Positions 59,821 to 64,000 of a stretch of DNA of 64,000 nucleotides are shown here, in pieces; position 1 is the first letter of the stretch; each line of letters starts with the position of its first letter. A model generated the notes under the pieces. That model ran no database searches, had not been told where the DNA came from, and saw only the letters and a program-made list of their open reading frames with translations. Made by a program: the position numbers and the translations under genes. Origin of the DNA: Planctomycetota bacterium (GTDB lineage: Bacteria; Planctomycetota; B15-G4; SIAN01); assembly GCA_031409275.1 (NCBI GenBank), contig JANNXA010000014.1:128001-192000 (forward strand), in the 5' to 3' direction.

Positions 59821-62800
59821 GAACGGCGCCCGCCGCGCTCGATCTCACGCAGCAGCGGATCGCACTCGCTCATGCGCGTGCGCACCGCCGCGGATGCGAC
59901 GCCCAGCAGCCGCCGTTCGGCGCGTCGGCGCGCCTCCTCGATCGACGCGTTCGCCGCTTCGCTCTTCCCGCTCTCGCCGGCGATCAACCCATGCACCCAG
60001 TGGATCTCCGCAGCGCGCCGTCGCGCGATGCCGGCCGCCGAACCTTCGCGCAGCGCCTTGCGCGCGATGGCCAGCGCCCAGGGCAGGCGCTTCATGTCGC
60101 GATAGCAGAGCGCCAGTGCCGCGAGGCCGCGCGCTTCGAGTCGGCCGACCGCCAGCGTGTGAGCGCGCGCGATCGCGCGGCGCGCGCAGCGGATCGCCCG
60201 TTCGAGCGAGTGGCCGGAGAAGCGCTTCCAGCGATAGAGCAGGCTGAGCGACCCGAGTGCGCTGACCACCAGGTAGTCGTCCTCGACGCGCAACGCCAGC
60301 CGCAGCGAGCGTACCAACGGTCGGAACGCCGCGTCGGGATCGCCGGAACGCGACTCGATGTCGGCGCGCACGTACTCGGCTTGCGCAAGGTGGCGCAAGT
60401 CGAGGTCCGACGCCGCGGACTTGCGCGCCACCTCGCAGGCGCGCCGCGCCTTGTCCCAGTCGCACAACTCGCGCAGCAGACGCGCGCTGCCGAGCACCAG
60501 CGCGCGGTGAAGCGGTCGCATGGCCGGCCCGCGCACGATCGATCGCCCTTGCGAGAAGGCCTGCTCCGCTTCATCGAACCGCTCGAGTTCGAGCAGCAGA
60601 TTGCCGCGTTCCTTGAAGTAGCGACCGATCGATGCGATCGGCGCGCCCGCGTCGATGACCTGTTCGGCCAAGTCGAGCGTCCCCGCCGCGCGTTCCTCGT
60701 CGCCGCTCCACAGCAGCACTTCCGCGAGGTCGAGCAGGATGAAGGCGCGCTCCGCTCCATGGCCGCGCACCGCGCGCTGCGCCGCCTCGTCGGCGGTCCG
60801 CAGGTACGACTCGGCCGCGAGGAAGCGCCCCGTGCGCGAGGCCAGGCGCCCCAATCCGTGGAAGGCGTGCGAACGGACGCCGGCATCGTCGAGCTGCGCG
60901 GAGAGCTTCGCCGCTTCGGTCCAGCTGGCGCGTTCTTCCTCGCGCCGGCCGAGCCGATGCGCAAGCGTTCCACGCAGCACCAGCGCCTGTGCGAGCAGCA
61001 CCTGGTCGACCGGCGCCACCCGCGCAGACGCCGCGGCCGACCCGACCAGGCGGTAGGCGCGCTCGGGGGAGCCTTCGAGTTCGAGCACGCGCACGGCGCC
61101 GCGCAGCGTCGTGGCCAGGATCGATCGCTCGCCGCCGAGATCAGCGTGGAAGGCCGCCTTGAGCGCCACGCGCGGCGGTGGCGACGGCAAGGTCAGTTCG
61201 CGCCCGTAGTAGCGCGCAGCAAGCCGGTGCGTCGCCTGGCGTCGGTCGAGCGGCGTCGAATGGAGCACGTGGCGCTGGAACAGCGGTTCGCGAAAACGCA
61301 GCTCGCCGGCCACGCGCTGCAACGGACCGCCCTCGGCCAGCAGCGGCGCGAGGCGCGCGTCGAAGTCGGCCGGCGCGAGCGCGAGGACGTCGCGCAACAC
61401 CTGCTCGCGCACGTCAGAACCGAGCACCGCCGTCGATTCCAGGAGCTCGCGCTGCGCGGTCGCGAGCGGCGCGAGTCGGCGCGCGTAGCGTTCGGCGAGC
61501 AGCGGCGGCAACGAGCGGATCGCCGTCTTCTTCGCAGCCAGCGTGTCGAGCTTGCCACGGGCGCGCATCCAGGACGCCAGCTCGATGGCGTTGCCGGCGC
61601 TTCCCGCGGCGATGTCGTGCAGGCGTTGCGCCACTCGTTCGACCGCGGCGTCCTCGAATCCGAGGTCGCGCGCGAGGATCGGGAACATCTCACGTGACGG
61701 GTCGCCGAGCACCAATCGCGTCGCACCACGTGCGAGAGCGACGTGCAGCGGAAGCGCTCCGCGCTCGCTCAACGCCTCGGGCGCGCGCGTGATCAGCAAC
61801 AGGATCGGCACGTTCGGCGACTCGTTCGCCAGCGCGTCGAGCGTGCGCAGCGTGTCCGCGTCGGCGTGCTCGGCCGCGTCGAGGACGAGGAGCAGCGGGG
61901 CCTGGCGCGTGATCGCCACGAACAGTTCGACGAGCGCGGCCCGCAGCGAGCCGAGCTGGCGCGAGCCTTTGATGGCCCCCTCGCGCAGGAACGCTCGCAA
62001 GAGCGCCTGGATCTCCGGGCGATCGGGGAGCAACTCGCGCAACTGGGACTCGGCGCGCGCATCGATCGCGGCGGGTCCGGCCGCGGCTGCGGTGGAGAGG
62101 CTGCACGCATCCGCGAGCAGTTCGCGCAGCGGTTCGAGCGGCTGGCCCGATTCACGACCGCTCGCCACCAGGAAATAGCCTTGCGGGCCGACCCGCTCGA
62201 GGCGATCGGCGAGCGCATCGACCAGGCGCGTCTTTCCGACGCCGGGCGGGCCTTCGAGGATGACGCGCCGCAGGCGTCCGGCGAAGGCGGCGCGCGCCTC
62301 ATCGACCAGTAGCGCGAGTTCGTGCTGGCGGCCGACCAGGCGCGTCGCGCGGCGCACCGAGAGTCGACGGCGACCGGGCGATACCTGCAGCGAAACGGGC
62401 GCGGTCACGCTGCGCCAGAAATCGGATCGCTCGGCGCCGACGAAGGCGGCGGCACCCAGTTCGGCAGTGGCCAGGCGCGCGACCGGATCGCGCTCGAGCA
62501 GCGCCTGCACGACGCGCTCGAGGAAGTAGGAGAGCTCCGGTCGCAGTTCCGTGAGCGGCGTCGGATCGCGCGTCTGCAACGCGGCGACGTAGGCGTCGTA
62601 GCCAAGGTCGCGCTCGCGCGCCCACGGATGGTGCCCCGCGGCCATCTCGTAGAGGACGACTCCGAGCGCGAACAGGTCGCTCTGCGGAGTCGCTGGCGCG
62701 CCGGCGAGCTGCTCGGGCGCGGCGTAGGCCACGGTTCCGAGGAAGCGGCCGGAGGAGGTGGCGCCCGACGAAGGCGGCGGCGTCGCGCGCGCGGGCTCGT

Positions 62801-63371
62801 CCGCCGGGTCGTTCTCGGGCGGCAGCGGCTCTTGCGCCGTGATGAGCCGAGCGAGACCGAAGTCGACGAGCTTCACCTGGCCGCGCTCGTCGAGGAAGAG
62901 GTTGGCCGGCTTCAAGTCGCGGTGGACGATGTTGCGCCCGTGCACGAACGCCAGCGTCTCGGCGATCTGGCGGCCGACCTCGCGCACCACCGGTTCGGGC
63001 TGAGGGCCTTCGAGTTCGAGCCGGCTCTGGAGGCTGCCGCCGGTGAGCAGCTCTTGGACGATGTAGTGGACGCGCCGATCGGCGCTGAGGCGCAGGCTGC
63101 CGATCTCGTAGACGCGCGCGATCCCGGCGTGGACCGCACCGAGCCCGACGCCCGCCTCGCGTTTGAAGCGGCGCACGATCTGGGGGTCGGGCGCGAAGCT
63201 CGGATCGAGGACCTTCAACGCGACTTCGGCGCCCGCCGTCAGGCCGCGGCGACGCGCCACGACGGTCGCTCGATAGACCGCGCCCATCGCGCCGGCGCCC
63301 AGAAGTCCGCGGATCCGATAGCCGCGGATTTCCTCAGGAAGGGCGAGATATGGGGTGGCGGGGCTTCGCAT
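59817..63371 (-). CDS. Ser/Thr protein kinase - AAA/STAND ATPase - TPR protein
   Basis: [39 protein letters not shown], Walker [10 protein letters not shown]-terminal TPR-like helices. Alternative start at 63413. Confidence 0.92.
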   Translation of the reverse strand: MRSPATPYLALPEEIRGYRIRGLLGAGAMGAVYRATVVARRRGLTAGAEVALKVLDPSFAPDPQIVRRFKREAGVGLGAVHAGIARVYEIGSLRLSADRRVHYIVQELLTGGSLQSRLELEGPQPEPVVREVGRQIAETLAFVHGRNIVHRDLKPANLFLDERGQVKLVDFGLARLITAQEPLPPENDPADEPARATPPPSSGATSSGRFLGTVAYAAPEQLAGAPATPQSDLFALGVVLYEMAAGHHPWARERDLGYDAYVAALQTRDPTPLTELRPELSYFLERVVQALLERDPVARLATAELGAAAFVGAERSDFWRSVTAPVSLQVSPGRRRLSVRRATRLVGRQHELALLVDEARAAFAGRLRRVILEGPPGVGKTRLVDALADRLERVGPQGYFLVASGRESGQPLEPLRELLADACSLSTAAAAGPAAIDARAESQLRELLPDRPEIQALLRAFLREGAIKGSRQLGSLRAALVELFVAITRQAPLLLVLDAAEHADADTLRTLDALANESPNVPILLLITRAPEALSERGALPLHVALARGATRLVLGDPSREMFPILARDLGFEDAAVERVAQRLHDIAAGSAGNAIELASWMRARGKLDTLAAKKTAIRSLPPLLAERYARRLAPLATAQRELLESTAVLGSDVREQVLRDVLALAPADFDARLAPLLAEGGPLQRVAGELRFREPLFQRHVLHSTPLDRRQATHRLAARYYGRELTLPSPPPRVALKAAFHADLGGERSILATTLRGAVRVLELEGSPERAYRLVGSAAASARVAPVDQVLLAQALVLRGTLAHRLGRREEERASWTEAAKLSAQLDDAGVRSHAFHGLGRLASRTGRFLAAESYLRTADEAAQRAVRGHGAERAFILLDLAEVLLWSGDEERAAGTLDLAEQVIDAGAPIASIGRYFKERGNLLLELERFDEAEQAFSQGRSIVRGPAMRPLHRALVLGSARLLRELCDWDKARRACEVARKSAASDLDLRHLAQAEYVRADIESRSGDPDAAFRPLVRSLRLALRVEDDYLVVSALGSLSLLYRWKRFSGHSLERAIRCARRAIARAHTLAVGRLEARGLAALALCYRDMKRLPWALAIARKALREGSAAGIARRRAAEIHWVHGLIAGESGKSEAANASIEEARRRAERRLLGVASAAVRTRMSECDPLLREIERGGRRS

Positions 63372-63482
63372 CGCGCTCGGATCGAGGGGGCGGTCGCCTT
63401 GACTCGGCCGCACGGCCGGCAGAGACTACCGCGCCCTTTCTCGCGCACCCAGGAACACCTCCGGCACGACGGCTGCGGCGCC

Positions 63483-64000
63483 ATGGCAATTCGTTTCCAC
63501 AACACGCTCACGCGCCGCACCGAGGAGTTCATCCCGTCGGTTGCTGGCACGGTCCGCATGTACCACTGCGGGCCGACGGTCTATTCGTCGCCCCACATCG
63601 GCAACTTCCGCACGTTCCTCCTCTCGGACCTGCTGCGCCGCTTCTTCGAGTGGAAGGGGCTCGCCGTCCTGCACGTGATGAACCTCACCGACGTCGGCCA
63701 CCTTCTCGACGACGCGGAGGAGGGCGAGGACAAGCTCGAAGCGGCGGCCCGCAAGGCGAAGAAGACGGCGTGGGAGATCGCCGACCACTACACCGCCGAG
63801 TTCTTCGCCGCGCTCGACTTCCTCGGGTTCCGGCGCGCCCACCACTACCCGCGCGCCACGACGCACGTCCCCGAGATGATCGCGATGATCGAGACGCTCG
63901 AGGCGAAGGGGCTGGCCTACAAGGTCCCCTCGGGCAACGTCTACTTCGACATCTCGCGCTTCCCCGCCTACGGCCGCCTCTCGGGCAACACGGCCGAGCA
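63483..64000 (+). CDS. cysS: cysteine--tRNA ligase, 3'-truncated by window edge
   Basis: Translated by hand: MAIRFHNTLTR...MYHCGPTVYSSPHIGNFR...MNLTDVGH...YPRAT...NVYFD...YGRLSG. Missing from the ORF track because there is no stop in the window. Confidence 0.97.
   Translation, partial: MAIRFHNTLTRRTEEFIPSVAGTVRMYHCGPTVYSSPHIGNFRTFLLSDLLRRFFEWKGLAVLHVMNLTDVGHLLDDAEEGEDKLEAAARKAKKTAWEIADHYTAEFFAALDFLGFRRAHHYPRATTHVPEMIAMIETLEAKGLAYKVPSGNVYFDISRFPAYGRLSGNTAE

Overview
High-GC (roughly 70% by eye) bacterial chromosomal segment. The many secreted or lipoprotein multidomain proteins, BlaI/M56 pair, kinase-AAA-TPR and DUF3500 suggest a Planctomycetota-like organism (inference only). About 46 CDS and one tRNA-Gln(CTG). 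In order: partial glgP; Bor-like lipoprotein and S8 protease; copper cluster (triple-YHS-like protein, TolC, two-domain multicopper oxidase); biotin genes with a bioF-bioD fusion; thioesterase, DUF2961/GH172-like and sulfatase-like proteins; ferredoxin; DUF47-PiT-dinB-hydrolase; ABC-F; DUF3500; a secreted beta-helix protein behind a candidate sigma54 promoter; a second S8 protease; Gfo/Idh/MocA; a 1664-aa glycoside-hydrolase-like/esterase fusion; sthA; tRNA-Gln; kamA-like; BlaI/M56 with a likely operator; a duplicated Ig-like repeat protein; GH141-like protein; agmatinase; a REPIN/MITE-like inverted-repeat element; a four-gene ABC exporter; a kinase-AAA-TPR/PfkB/unknown/radical SAM operon; partial cysS. 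I found no CRISPR array, integrase, transposase or prophage. No complete novel system can be shown from sequence alone. The best leads are the BioF-BioD fusion, the kinase/PfkB/rSAM operon, the sigma54 locus, the BlaI/M56 module with an ExbD-like tail, the 1664-aa fusion and the inverted-repeat element. All family calls come from motif recognition by eye, not database searches.
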